Assembly: GCA_036172245.1 (NCBI GenBank)
Contig: JAYWIR010000034.1
Coordinates: 682,001 to 746,000, forward strand
DNA length: 64,000 bases
Source of the DNA: Raillietiella orientalis
Lineage: Eukaryota
Direction of reading: 5' to 3'
Shown: positions 1 to 12,769 of the stretch, piece by piece
Layout of the letters: each line of letters opens with the position of its first letter
Position numbering within the stretch: position 1 is the stretch's first letter
Program-made: the position numbers and the translations under genes
Notes under the pieces: generated by a model
The model's database searches: none
Seen by the model: only the letters and a program-made list of their open reading frames with translations
Told to the model about the DNA's origin: nothing

Positions 1-389
1 AATCTTGTGAGCTTCTGTGCCTCTGGGAGAGTAAATGCTTCTTGAGTTCTCATGAACCAAAGAAGAACTGAAAGCACCATTTAAAACACCTCCAGAATTT
101 TATTTTTCTGTCAGTTAAGACCGATCAGACTGCAAGTGAGCTGACAAGAGAAAGACAGGGGTGTACAATTTCTTAGTCTTCATTCTTTTGGAAGTGATTA
201 TTTTGTGATTAGGACGGATACTGTACTTGTTGGGCCTCTTCTTTCTAGGTACCTGTTCTCCCACCCAAAAATTGGATTCCCAGTTTTCAGAGATTCTGTT
301 TGCTAATTTGGATAAGCGTGAAAGCAGCATCACTGCTAGCCGGGATGGAAAACTACGAATGAGCAATTCTCAAAGGCGCTGCATCATCT

Positions 390-1120
390 CAAGACATCCA
401 TTATCATGTGCCACAGAAACTACATCTTCGGCTTACTGAAAATAGCTCTGGAATTATACAATTACATGATCCAGATCATCAGCAGCCTATAGATGTCTCT
501 GTGTATCCATCTTTAGCTAACAAGCCTCGAATACAGTTCAAAGGAGTGAGCAGCAATCCCAAAAACTCATCTGGGGAAGATTTTGTGTTCCCAAATTTCA
601 GCTCTTAGCCAAAAATACTAGCGAGGCGTTAATTTGCAGACTTCATCATCATGGTTTCAGCTGACCTGTTTTTCTGAACCTTGCCATCTCACATCAAAAT
701 ACCTAGATTTCATCAGTAAGGTGCTGAGCATCATCAAAGCATATCGCATACAGATGGACCCAGTAAGAATGTTCTGCACATTCAGCATGTGCGGGTGCAG
801 AGCAGCGGGAGGAGCACGTACTGCACAAACCTGCATTACGAGTCGACTAAATCCATACTGGGAGTGGAGAAGAAGGGTTCATGGATCAGAGAGCCACGGA
901 GATTCAAGAAAACAGAGAAAAGAAGGCCTCGACTTCTTTCAAGGGTCAAGTGAGCGTCCACCTAGCAGAGAACGAGCAGGTGGACCTCGGTATTCTTAGA
1001 AAGAAAGCAAAAACCTCAAGTGTAGTCAGAGGCATCATCCCGTTTGAAAGTCAGAGGAGGGTTGGATTTCGCCTCATCATTCATTTGGAGGACCTTTGTT
1101 CACTGAAACAACAGAAGAAT
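390..1120 (+). pseudogene. Broken copy A of an unidentified repeated gene family (C-terminal, beta-rich portion)
   Basis: Translated segments (..SGEDFVFPNFSS*PKILARR*FADFIIMV.. and ..TDGPSKNVLHIQHVRVQSSGRSTYCTNL..) align by eye, in the same order, with the minus-strand ORF 9824-10132 (..SSLDLSFRGSRDDTRDERRLQADVVSIKV..TDGSDESTHGMHLHSMVYSRTTGTRSACPSM..). In-frame stops are present. Confidence 0.4.
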
Positions 1121-1849
1121 TAAAGGAGACCTTCTACAAAATCCCAGAAACAGGTCCACAGGCAGAAAATAGTAATACAGCACGTTTTCCACCTTCTTAC
1201 ACGGGAAGAAGAAAAAAGTACAGCTTTTCATACGGGATGCATGTTGTCCTCTGCATTGCCTGGACTGGGATATCACCGGGAAACTGGGAAAATCGCTAAC
1301 CCACAAACAGAGCTCAGAGCCAAGTGAATCGAGGACATAGAAAGAAAGCCGACGAGATGTTCCTTCCGAATTTCTGGAATGCAAGGTCAGTTTTCCATCA
1401 TCATCCGGTTGCGTCGGGTGCTTTCTGTTCCGAGCACAAAAAAATAAACGACCACGTGGATCAAGACTGTCTGGGAATTTCATGAAGGTCAAAAACAAAG
1501 GAGAAAACCACTGGCTCGTAGGCCAGGTGCAGACAAGAGCAGGGAAGATGTGGGGAAGGGGACAATAAATAAGCAAATAAAAGGGAAGAAAGGGACACGG
1601 GTCACCGGTCACACTCTCTGCGTCTTCAGTAACCTGTGTGCGACGCAGGCGACGTCCATAACCTCGACTCTGGCATCCTTCAAAGACTCTTTTGGCACAT
1701 TCCTCGTCACTGAGGATTTGAGACGTGCTGCTGCTCCCGGTTTGCTGCTGGCGCGCCTCGTCGCCGTTCCGGGACGTCGCGATCCTCCAGGCGCAACACG
1801 GGATCGGGCGACCGGGGAAACAGGCGGAAGCCGTTCAGCGTGAAGCAAC

Positions 1850-2230
1850 GCAGCAGCGGCTCTTCCGGGGTGCCTGCGGGTCGAAGGGGAGCAGCCGCGA
1901 AGCGCTTCCGCACGCTCCGATGGTCACCGCAACTCAGCAACACGCACGCTAAAGTTTCCACCTCCCTGCAGCCGACGCAGTTTGCAGAGACGCCGCTCCC
2001 CTTCTCCCGGAGATGTCGCCGCGGGTTGGGCAGGAAGCTCCAGTTCACGAACAGCAATGCCGCTTCGTGCTGCCATCTGAGGGGAAGCACGGAACTGTCC
2101 GGATGGCAGGGAAGGGTCACAATCCCCGACGGGCCAACATCGTGACCGAGGAAGGCGACTGAGACGCGATTATTGCTAGTTGAAAACTTTATCCCCGATG
2201 GCGGAGTGTCCAGGTGCTTCACACAACGGG
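1850..2230 (-). mobile_element. Non-LTR retrotransposon ORF2 3' fragment (degenerate C-terminal zinc finger, I/Jockey-group style)
   Basis: ORF 1707-2222 contains HLREKGSGVSANCVGCREVETLACVLLSCGDHRSVR, matching the LINE ORF2 terminal motif NCxxCxxxETxxHxLLxCxxxxxxR with the His replaced by Cys. Confidence 0.55.
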
Positions 2231-3058
2231 CATCATCCTTTTCGCTCTCGTTCTTGTTTTCCGGTGTAGCAACTGGAAGAATTCCTGGAGCGATGCCACC
2301 GGGGTTGACATGGGGAGGAGAAGTCGTCAGTGCATGCCGAATGGCAACGTCACCACTGGACGAGGGGAAGTTCTCACCCGGTCACGCTGGGGCGTTTATT
2401 AACACTTTATATTAGCAGTACTAGGTCCCTCCACGGCCAATAGTTCATGGGACCTGCCAGGAAGCCGGTTCGCAGACCGGCTTGACTCTCCTCAGCAGCG
2501 GAGGGGATAGGGGGTAAAACAAAAAGAAAAAGAAACTATTTGGAGGGCCGAGAAGGGATCGCAGCCCGCTGGAGGAAGAGACCATCCTTTCCAGGATGCC
2601 CTCGAGGTCCCTCGTCATTGCTCCCAGATGGAACCATCCGATCGCGATTTGCAGGTAGCGACCCGCGTGTACGATGGGGTCCCTGTCGCTGCTTTCTCTG
2701 TTGGCTGCGTTCCACTCAGCCACAATCCCTCGAAGGCAGTAGAGCGCTGCCAGGGTTGAGGCTGAGGGCAGGGCGTCTCGCACGAAGAGGAGTCTCACAA
2801 CGTCTCTGGGGGTACTGCCGACCGGAATAGGGAGGGTCGTAGCATAACGTTCCCACAAGGGCCGGAGGGCAGCGCAGTCCACTAACAGATGGGGAAGGGA
2901 TTAATTTTCCCCGCACACGGCACAGTTCTGTCCCACGTTCCCCAACGTCCAGTGGTGGCGGCGCGCGTTGCAGGGAATACCCCAGTGCAACAACAACAGC
3001 GCCGTTTCCTGTCACTTGAGGGGGAGGGTGGATGCATTTCTAAATAACGGGGGCCACT

Positions 3059-3958
3059 TCAGGTCATCCAGCGGGAGGCCCAGCAGCTCTCCCCATCTCT
3101 GGATTCCGCGCTTGGTATCGCGGCGTCAACCAGTTCCCTCATGGTCCACCCACTTAACTCCTTCTCCTTGCTCTCTATCCGGAAGGTGACTTGCCACCTC
3201 GGTTTCTGGCTGTTATGAAGCGCCCTTCTCATGAAGGGCAGCGCCGTGGTCAGTGGGGTCGTCTCCGCCCACGTGCTTCTGGCGGGACACTCGATCATGT
3301 TCCACAGCGTGCAGCGGGTATAGATGCCGGGTCGCAGGCGGTTCCAGGATTCACCACTTGACTGGTTTAACTTCGCCCACGTTTCAACTGTTTTTTCCAG
3401 CCATGCGCTGGAGTTGGAGGGGCTGCAGACCATCCACCCGTTCTCCTTTGCCAGGGTGGCCATGCGTCCCAGGAGAAGGCCGCATCTTCTTATTTTCCGG
3501 CCGGGGCACAGAAGAAAAGACGCGAGTCCTTCAGTCCCGGACACACGTCTGGCAAGGAGGCGGGCCGGAACGCACCAAGGGGTGCTCCACATCTTCGCCG
3601 CGATGGCTAGGGTACGCCACCGCAGCTGTGTTTCCACGCTCTCCAGCGTCAGAACGCTAAGGCCTCCGTCCCGACGTGGAGCGCACAAATCCTCCAGAGG
3701 CACACGAGGCCTCCCGCCGCCCCACAGAGTGATGTGCAGGAGGTCCTTCGTTCTCTTTTTCATCTCACGGGGTACAAGGCAAACAAAAAGCAGGGGGCGA
3801 AGGAGAAGGGCCGCGAACGCGTTCCACACCGCGGCCCGTTCCGGCAAGTGAAACTTGCCTTCCAGGAACGGGCCGATCGCCGACTCCACTTTCTGGAGAC
3901 GACCTGACCAGACTTCTAACTGGCAGAAGTCCCCCAACGGAACGCCGAGGTACTTCAA
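3059..3958 (-). pseudogene. Best-preserved LINE ORF2 segment (RT domain 7/thumb region)
   Basis: 299-aa open frame: KYLGVPLG...WSGRLQKV...LWGGGRPRVPLEDLCAPRRDGGLSVLTL, typical of L1/Tx1-clade ORF2. Confidence 0.85.
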
Positions 3959-6900
3959 GTACCTATCCGTGGAGATCCCCAGGCGGATCCAATCAGGTCA
4001 TCCTGCCCACGTTGCACCAACCACAACCAGACGAGGGGAAGTGTGGCCCTAGACTGTGCCAGGTGCGGTGGAAGAAAAAGCTTTGCCACATGCTACTCGA
4101 GTGAGCTACCCTTCAAGATGAACGTCTGACTACTTCCCTGGAGTTCCTAGGGGACACCTCAAGGAAATGCTGAGGCGCTTTCTTCATGGCCGAAGGAGGT
4201 GGTGAAGGACTTCTCTTTCGTCCGTCCATAGCTTTAATCCGGTTAGGTGAACCCGTCGAGTTGTCCGCCGTGACTAGGAGGAGCCTTTGCCATCGACGCT
4301 GTTGGAGTATATTTGGGACCACCGAGAGACCTTCCAGTTATATCTTTTCCACGCTGAGGTCGCGCGGCTCATCCGCGAAAGTGTGCACAACCGATGCGTT
4401 GTAGTACCCGCCGGTATTCTTGGTCCATCTGGCCCTTGGCCTCATCCTAGACAGCGGGCGTCGCCATTGCCGTCACCTGACTCCACAATCTTTCTTTTTC
4501 TGGAGGTAAATCTACGGAATCTGCTGCCTTCAGACTATTGCCAACTATTGAAAAAGACTACTGAAAAAGAAAAGCGAGCCAGCCAATCCAGATAGTGCTT
4601 TCTTCAAGTACAGAGGACAAACACGTCCGCACCGTCGAAGGGCGTTTTCCATTGATCCAGATCAAGGGATCGCCTTGCCGGATTGTGCCAGAAGAGGGGC
4701 GATCGAATCGCCCTCGCACCAGCCCTTGGACGAAGAGTTCTGCAGCTGGAGTAGACAATGGCAGCGGTCCTCCTGCGTTAGGAAGACTTCCCTGGGCAAC
4801 TTTTGCATTGCATCTTTACACCTCAAGTACTCTCGACTGACAGATGTCTGTGATGTTGTACCGCATCATCGTCGCAGCATTTCCAAATCTCCAGGCGGTA
4901 GAGCAGAAGAAGCACCGGAGGACGGTCGTTCGCTTCATCCATGACGAAAAGGGTAGCAAATGGCCTCTCCTCGCTCCTAAAACCAAGGAGGACGCCGCCT
5001 GAATAAGGCAAGACTATAAGAAAGAATAACTGTGACCCTTCCTTCCCCCTGCTGCCTTCCCGTTTCCCGCACATCATGAACCTTGTCACCATGCGGTGTT
5101 TTCTTCAAATCTTCATTTATTCCTTTATACTTGGAGAAACTCCCCGGTGAGACCCCGGACAATGCTGTCCTGCTCTCTAAGGCTGAGAGAGACCGGCCAA
5201 GGCCCCATGCGTCCTCTGCTGCATCAGTAGGTTGAGGAAGACGCGATGCTCCTGCAGCATAGGAGATGAACTGCTCGATTGCAGAGTCGTCAGCAAGCCC
5301 ACCATTTAGTGGAAAACCCCTCGGATGGAGAACAAAGCCACGACCTCTTTCTTGGTCCACAGCTCCGCCTTACTACCATGTACCAGCAGACTGTCAACCC
5401 GCTGGTCCTCTGGAAACTTTTTTGAAACGAGGAGCTACTGATCGGGGAGGATAACAGGCTCTGCGCGAGACCAGGAAGAGGTGGTTGCTCTTGAAGCATG
5501 GAAGGTGGTCTGCCAGATCGAGGAGTTGCCATGTCAGCTGGCTAACGAAGTCATATGACAGGGGACCACCCTCAGCACCCATTAAAGTGAATCGGCTTTT
5601 TCGGAAAATCGGGAGATCCTGGTATCCACTTATCCTGTTCCAACCCTTTCTTCCTTCCTCCTCCTACCTTCCTTCCTCACCCTCCTGGCTCGAGAGATGC
5701 GAGGAGGCGGTGCGTCTGATTCATAAGAGCGAGGTAGAACTTCTCCCGAAGCTTTACGTCTTGGCTAGAGCGGCGCTGCCTTCCTAATGCGCTGGAGCCT
5801 ATCCAAAGAAGCAAGAGTCGCTACCTTGCTTCCGCAAGGAGGGAGCCCGAGGAATGTGGGAACCACAGAATAATTGCAGAAGCATGTAGGCGCCTGCTGT
5901 TTCGCTGCTCCAGGCAGTTGCAGGGATGAACGTGCATTACAGGGACACTTCGATTTTCTCCTCTCCCTTATGGACCTGGTCACACATGGTCCGACCCCCT
6001 CCGAGTTTAGCAGCGGCCTACTCGATGGACCACGGGACTTCTTCCATTGGAGAGCAGCGATGATTGCCGAAGGTTGAGACCCTTATCCCAGGATGCAGTC
6101 CGCAATCTCCTTTTTCTGAATTAGGATGACATGGACCAAATCGGGATGGGAAATGCAAGAGAGCCTCAGGACGTTTGAGGTCGAAGTAGTTCGAAACCAA
6201 TGATTTCATCTCATCCTTTTTGTTTCGTCTCCAGCCGTGTCCATCACCATGATGGAGATCCATCCTTCCACTTGTGCCCGTTTATGGATCCTGCATCCAT
6301 CCCCTTCTTTGTTCTGTGCCCAAAGAGGTTTTCTCCTTTTCATCTCTGGACAGCATACGTCGGTCCTTGTTCTATTGAGAAATTTTACTGATTTCATTGA
6401 TTGTCGGGAAGAAGGTCAGTATGCTCCCTTTGTCTCCTCAAATTGCATCCTTCCTCGTAAGGGAAACTCAGATTCGCTTCCGTCCGTCCTTGTTATTCGT
6501 GTTCTTCTTTCTAACCTCCTCCCTTCTTCTTCGTAACCCTGGATCCTTTCCATCTGGTTATTCCTTCTAGTAACCCTCTTTTTTGTCGGGAGGGAGGACT
6601 AGGGATTTCTTGTGCGGACCTCTCCTTCCGCCTAGCTCCCTTTCCCTTCCTTTCCATTCCCTCCTTCATGACTTCAAGGAGCTGAGATGGCAGAACCCCA
6701 AGTCCCACGCATCCTTTCTTACGTATCCCTTCACCCACCTTAGACACCGCCCGTGGAACTCCCGCTTCTCCGGAGCCCCCCTTCAGACGCCACGAGGAAC
6801 CCGGAAGAGGAGGAATGAAGATAGCCATGAAGCCGCCCAGAAGTTCGGGAAAAGCCAAGTTCGAGAGGCACTGTCTAGGTGCCTCCCGAACAGCAAGGGA

Positions 6901-8051
6901 GCGCCCAGTCGTTTTCTTCTTCCTCTCAAGGGGAGATTCCTCCACAAAATCAGGAAAGGCGAAGTATGGGGGAAGGGAAGATGATGGAAATAAGGGGACT
7001 TTTTCAGAAGAGGGAAGCAGAACCTCTCCCGAAGCTTTCTGCCTTGGTCTACCCCTCACCCATCCCCCGTTTACCGACGGGTGAGTGAGGGAGCCGGATC
7101 AAGGACGCTTTTTCCATCTTTCCCGAAGAGTTGATCTCTCGTGGAGTTCTCCTTCAGTAGGAGAAGCGGGATAAGGAGACCACGAAGATCCCAGAAGGCA
7201 GTAAGGAGGGACGATGAGAGGCCGTGAGAGCTCTTTTTCGAAACCGGGGGAAGGGTTGAGGAGCGACCGATGAAAAACAAAAGCAACAGGACGGCAGGGA
7301 GTGAATCCGACAAGTGGCTCAGCAAAGGAAGAGCTTCCGGCTACGACCTGGAATTCTCCTTTCGCCCCCTCCCCCTTCCTACTGCAGCATGCAAAGCGGG
7401 CGGTTGAAATCGAATCCCTGAAATCGGTAGGAGGAGGAGGAGGGGGGCGAAAACAATGTATCCGCCATCAGCGCCACGGTTAGTGTGGACGAGGGAGGGC
7501 CTCCTTCTAGTACTGAATCTCAGGAGTGCGACCAGGGGAAAGAACTCTTCCCCTCACCCCCTCTGGAGAGGAATGATGGAAGGGAATTGGAGTGCTGGCA
7601 CTTCGTGAGTTGAACGGGAGTAAATTCAGCGCGTTCCTTAAGGGAGGAGCCAACCCAACAGGGAGGAGACAGAGTTTAGACGGAGGGAACGAGGGGGAGG
7701 GACGAACCCTCGCAGGAGGGGAGGGACACTTCGGGAATCCCGGTGAGCGCGTGTTTCCTTGGGAAGGAATGAGAGAGGATGGAGAAAGTCCGGTCCTTGA
7801 ATGCGTTTCCTAGAAAAAGCAGGATGATTTCGGGAACTGAGCACAGGTTCCCAAGGGATCAGCCCCTCTATACGCTCCTCGAAGGGGTACTCCCGATCTC
7901 TTCTTGGGTAGAGGAGCAGAAGAATCCCCCGCCCATTCCCACTCGTTGGGATGAACTGTCTCCCCGCTCTGCATTTTGGGATTTCTGCGGGTCTCCCCCC
8001 GTTGTTACAGTCGTCTCTGTACAGGAAGGGAGGAAAGAGGGAGGTTGCATA

Positions 8052-8084
8052 TCCTCTTCCTCCTCCTCCTCCTCCTCTTCCTCC
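8052..8084. repeat. (TCC)n microsatellite
   Basis: tcctcttcctcctcctcctcctcctcttcctcc read directly. Confidence 0.9.
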
Positions 8085-9599
8085 CTCATACCCTTGGCTC
8101 CGGAGGCCAGAGGAGGTGGCGCGACCACCTTTCGCGCTGAGAAATGCCCTCCTCTCATTCCCCGTTCTGCTTTCCACAGTCCTCACCTATCGCTTATGCA
8201 TCGGGCAGCATAGGTGAAATCCTCATCAGTCGCGAGAGGAAAGGGCGATCCAATTTCACCCCGTCCTCGTCCCTCCCGCTTTCTCTATCCCACCTCCCTA
8301 CCCTCATTCGCGTGAGGAAGGCCCTTGAACCCGGCGCATTCGACCTTCCCCGAGTCCGTCTCCATAGAAACCCTCTCCTCCCCCTTCCTCCCTCACGAGA
8401 GGCAGATTGCGGATCGATCCGGGGAGGGCGGCGACGGTGCTGGGGCCGCTCTCCGAAGGGAGCCTTCGGGGATAAAATCGTCGCTGATTTTCCACTCCAG
8501 CGGACCTCATTCTGGAAGGAGGGAGGGAGGGAGAAGAGGGAATTCCGGGACTCTCGGGCTTGTCCTGCGATAAGAGTCCCTTTCCGAATTTGGAGTTCTC
8601 GGAGATCTTGGGAATGCGAGCGTTCCCGCGCTCACGCGAAGAGGAAGCCGCCTCTTTTGTAGAAGGAAGACAAGAGAAGGAGGGAGGAAGGGAAAGGTTC
8701 TACTAGGGGGTCCCACAGAGCACGCGAGACCCTCACCGGCCTCGACTCCGCTCCCCTCCCGCACTGCAAGCCTCTGACCTCGCGAAAGCCTCGTCTCTTC
8801 CAGGAGGCACCGCAAGGCTGGAGCCCTGCAGAGAGTGGGAACGAAGACGGAAGGGAAGCAGCAACAAAAAAAAACAGTCCAGTAGACAGCGAGGAGGAGG
8901 AGGAGAAGAGAGGTCTGAGAGAGCGGGAGTATCAGAAGAAATGGGGCCCCCCAGACGTCAGGGCAGTCAGATCCACGCCCTGCGGCATCCTGCCACAACC
9001 ATCCTTCGACCCTGGTTCTTTCGCTCCCTTCCATGATGCTGCCCTGCGCCGGCTGTTGCGCGCGCAAGCCCTTCCCCTACACTCCTCCCTACCCTGCAAA
9101 AGGGAGCTCTCGCTTCGCGGAAGGCTCCCGGACGTCCTTCCTCAGTTGGCCCCACTCTGCTCTTCGTCTTTCCGTGCTTCTCGATCACCTCGAGATTGTC
9201 GTGGTCAAGGAGACGATGACGCCGAGAGGACAAGCAGAGGTGTAAGAAAGGGACAGGAAGGGTGGAAGTTGGGGAAGGAGAAGGAACGTGCGGCCTCCTC
9301 CTCGATCCCTCCGTGCAGTCTCGCCTCGCCCAGTGGTGCTCCGACGCTCTCTCCGAGGTGAAGGAGGACGAGGACGAACTCGATGCGATCCTAGTTGCGC
9401 AGCCTTCCAGGCGCTGGCCGTTGCAGCTACGGCGAAAAGACCTGACTCCTGACTTACATTGAGAAAAGGGAAGGGGCGTTTCCTTTACGGACAGAAGTCC
9501 GTAAAGGAAACGCCCCTTCCCTTTTCTCACAGCTTCTCCCCTCCCTCCCCTTCTCATTCGCTTGACTTCGGGAACGCCCGCCCGCCTGAGTGACCCCCA

Positions 9600-11400
9600 A
9601 CGGGAAAGAGAGTCCTTGCATCCGAAGCGTTTGCACTTCGCAGCGGCCGTCTCCATGGAAACCCCTTCTCGTGAAGGACGCCTCTCGGCGAGTCAGAGCT
9701 CCTCTCCCACCAAGTGTTCTGGGGGAGCTCTACCTGGAGCGAGCTGTCGTCCGTGGATCCTGCTGTTGACAACGCATCCATGAGGGCCACTCACGCTCCC
9801 TCGCCCGTCCCTGCTCGATGGCCTCACGCCTTGAAAGGGCGAATGGCGCTGCAGCGCATGGAGGGGCATGCAGACCGTGTACCAGTAGTTCTGCTGTACA
9901 CCATGCTGTGCAGGTGCATCCCATGCGTCGACTCGTCGCTTCCATCCGTTTCGTACGCTCCCTCTCCCCAGACCTTGATACTCACCACATCAGCTTGGAG
10001 ACGGCGCTCATCACGCGTGTCGTCTCGAGATCCTCGAAAGGAGAGATCCAGAGAGGACATCCCTGGGGTGATCTCTATCTTCACCTGGGAATCTCGATGC
10101 GGAATCTTCCTAAAGCTGATTATGCTGGTCATTGTTTTCCAAGTTGAGCAGCTGCAGATTTATCCCCTCTTCCAGCATCCAAGGAGGCAGGTTCTCTCTC
10201 TTGGATCAGTGGCGTGCGGGTGACATCCGAGAGACTGAAGCGTCTGGTGAGTCGAAGGGTGACCCAGGAAACCAAGGACCTGCGAAGGGCTCGTAATGTG
10301 TCAGGGCTGGCGCCGAGAGGTCCAGCCCTTCACCTGGAAACGCTCAGGAAGGAACCCTTCTCAGCCTTCTTCTTTCCGTGGTCATCCTTTGGTCATAGTG
10401 GGGGTCCTCCGTTTACCTGGATGCGGCGAAAAGCCCCCCCTTGCGGAAGAAACTCCGAAAAGAGTCACATCGGCCGTCTCTTCCTGTTTCCTGGAGGAAG
10501 CAAAGGGTATCCGCGGGAACCTGGAAGTGGGTCTCGATTCCTGGTTCCCATCCTACCGAAAAAAGGCGAAAATCACAGAAAAAGTGAAAAGAGACACCCC
10601 TACGACAGGGACCAGGGCGGCAACCTCAGAGTGAAAGGGATTCAGACGTGGATGTCGGGGACATGTCTATGAGGAACCCGTGGCAGCATCCTCCCCATGG
10701 GACCCACCTGTCCAGGGAAGGGGGAGGGCAAAACGACAGAAGTCTCCGTAGGAAGAGGTTCATTCCTCTTGCAATTGGTAGAAAACCCCGAAGGGATTCT
10801 CTTCTTTTTTCTCTCCAGAAAGACCCTCCACACCCTCTTTTTTTCCCCCCAAGGGAACTCGTAAAGGATCCGCTCCTTGAATTTCTTCTACGTAGGGACC
10901 CTCCTGAAGGGATCCACTCCTCATTTCCTCCTCTGAAGAGAACCCTGAAGGGATGCTTCTCAATTTCTTTGAAGGGCCGTTCCCCGAAGGGAGCAGAGCA
11001 CTTCCTGACACCCTGGAGAGGCATCAACCAAGTCCTTGGTACGAGATGGATGATCTCCCGCCCCCAGGAGAGGGAAGGGATGGCTGTATTAGCGCAACTG
11101 GAGGGGAACCCCGAATCTCCTTGATTCCAGGAAAGACCCGGTGGGTCAACTTTCAGTCCCGTCCAGTCGGCAGGGACATCCGGCTCCCGAATTCCACCAG
11201 CGCCGCACCTGAATAGACCAACAAGCGCCATATTGCCGGGGGACTCGAAACTCACGACGCATTCCTCATTCTCGGTGTCGATCATCCCCGTGCAGGATTC
11301 GAACCCTCAATGCTCGGTGCCACGCGCCCGCAGCCACACGGTGGCCAACGCGTGACACTCGCTGGACCCCAAAGAAACGTGATGCGGAGTTCCTGGAAGG
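9600..11400 (-). pseudogene. Broken copy B of the unidentified gene family (N-terminal block, 14-aa repeats, C-terminal block)
   Basis: The reverse complement of 11090-11330 aligns with 12945-13175 (+), sharing CGCGTGrCACC..GGGTTCGAAT, TGGCGCT..ATTCAGG and GGAATmAAGGAG..CCCCTCC. The repeat block at 10760-11000 matches 14955-15450, and 9824-10200 resembles copy A. Confidence 0.55.
10760..11000 (-). repeat. Degenerate ~42-bp tandem repeat (copy B)
   Basis: Units such as CTTCAGAGGAGGAAATGAGGAGTGGATCCCTT and GTAGAAGAAATTCAAGGAGCGGATCCTTT; translates PSGFSSEEEMRSGSL. Confidence 0.7.
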
Positions 11401-12769
11401 AAGGGACGTTAGCAGAAGCGGGAGAGGCGAGACGGGGAGATGCTTCCGGATCCTCCCCGTTCTCTTCTGTTCTCGGAGTCGCCGTCTCCCTGGGAGGCGT
11501 CGGGATTCGGAGACGGGAGATGCGAATTCTCAGGTGCCTTCTGCTGGGAGTTCTTCGACCTCGGAATGGAAACCAAAGAAATTCTCAGTCACGGAACTTC
11601 AATCCGGGTCTCCATTGCGCCGGTGGTTCTGGGTGCACACGTCCAAGTGGGAAGCAAACACGGGGTGCTGTTCGGAGCACCTCCTCCCCAACCTAGAGTC
11701 ACTGACTGATAACTTGCTCCAACATCAAGATTGATTCCCACAGCTTCCCAAACGAAATATCTTTATTTGGAGACACTCCAGCGTTTCTTCTGCTAGCAGG
11801 AGAATGGCGTTGAAGTTCGGAGCAGCAAGAAGTGAGGCCCATCGACGAATGAAATCCGTCCGCAGAGTGGCGATCCGTGGTAGACTGGGGAGCAAGAATC
11901 TTCCGGTGCTTTAGGAGCGTTTCCAGGGAATCTCTATTGGCCTCTGCACTGCCTGGAGAAGGACACTTGCCATTAGTCTCACTCCTCCTTGTCCTCCGAG
12001 ATCATGAAAATAGGATGTTGCGGAATATTTGCTAAATCGGTTACTAGTGGTCGAGTAGGGTGAGATGAGAAGGAATCGTCGAGGACTCGAAGCAGGGAGA
12101 AGTGGTGAATGTTCTCGAGAGGAATTGTCGTCTAGAAGAGAGAGAAAAAGTTTACATTGACTAATGACCTGGAAGAATAGGCCAGTATAGAGGATCCGGG
12201 TGCCAAAACCCAGGGAAGCTCAGTCTTCTGTGCTGAGTGTGGCGGCCCTTTTTTCTAATAGAAGGAAACCATCAAGAGAGGAAGGCAGGAATTCAAGAAC
12301 GAAGGAAACAAACCAAGATGGTATCAAGGAACAAGTTGTGCAAAAAAACAAAAAGCAACTCTAGAAAGTCCCTCTACCCGTAGCTATCTGTTTTCCTTCC
12401 TGTTGTCACTTAGTTTCTCGGGTAGGGGCTAAGTGACAACAGGGAAGTAGGGGGTGAGGAAGGCCCCCAACTAAATGACGACTAGCATCCTGAGTGACCG
12501 GTCTTGGTGGTACCCCACTCTCTAAGAACAAGAAGCTTGATGCATCCTCTTCCCGAAGCATCTTTCGAAAGAGCAATGACTGCAGAGAGCTTCTAGGAGG
12601 CATCGCGGAAACTCTGCTTTATAATTGCACAGCAACGGAGGACTAACGAGTCCTGAAGTAGTCCCTTAGTTGACAGGCTGTCGATTTTCTGGTTGCCAAT
12701 TACCGAAAAATTTATGTGCGAGCTGCGGGAAGCATTCACCGCCATGCGAGTCTTCAGCCTCCACGTACG

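Larger units (their letters stand above)
2395..8700 (-). mobile_element. Decayed near full-length LINE, L1/Tx1-type (ORF1 knuckle, APE endonuclease, RT, C-terminal zinc finger, 3' UTR with AATAAA)
   Basis: Collinear minus-strand remnants: knuckle-like ICLS*GRKGEERVS..VECAGFKGLPHAN (~8320-8410); APE-like LSFLPKETRAH (~7760) and VFAP..GFDFN (~7400-7460); RT motifs SYDFVS (~5550), GTIRQGDPL (~4670), VTADNST (~4265), KYLGVPLG and LCAPRRDGGL (3059-3958); CAVCGEN*SLPHLLVDC (~2875-2925); AATAAA at 2395-2400. Many stops and frameshifts; the 5' limit is approximate. Confidence 0.8.

Noticed and set aside
6500..9700. Many overlapping 100-230 aa ORFs on both strands
   Set aside because: Expected in GC-rich, purine/pyrimidine-skewed DNA; most are explained as off-frame or antisense readings of the decayed LINE.
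11295..11305. Perfect Pol III B-box (GGTTCGAATCC, minus strand) with a paralogous GGTTCGAATAC at 12968-12978, suggesting a tRNA or SINE
   Set aside because: No cloverleaf or acceptor stem can be built. Both lie inside the homologous block of the gene-family copies and read as GFE codons. tRNAscan-SE would settle it.
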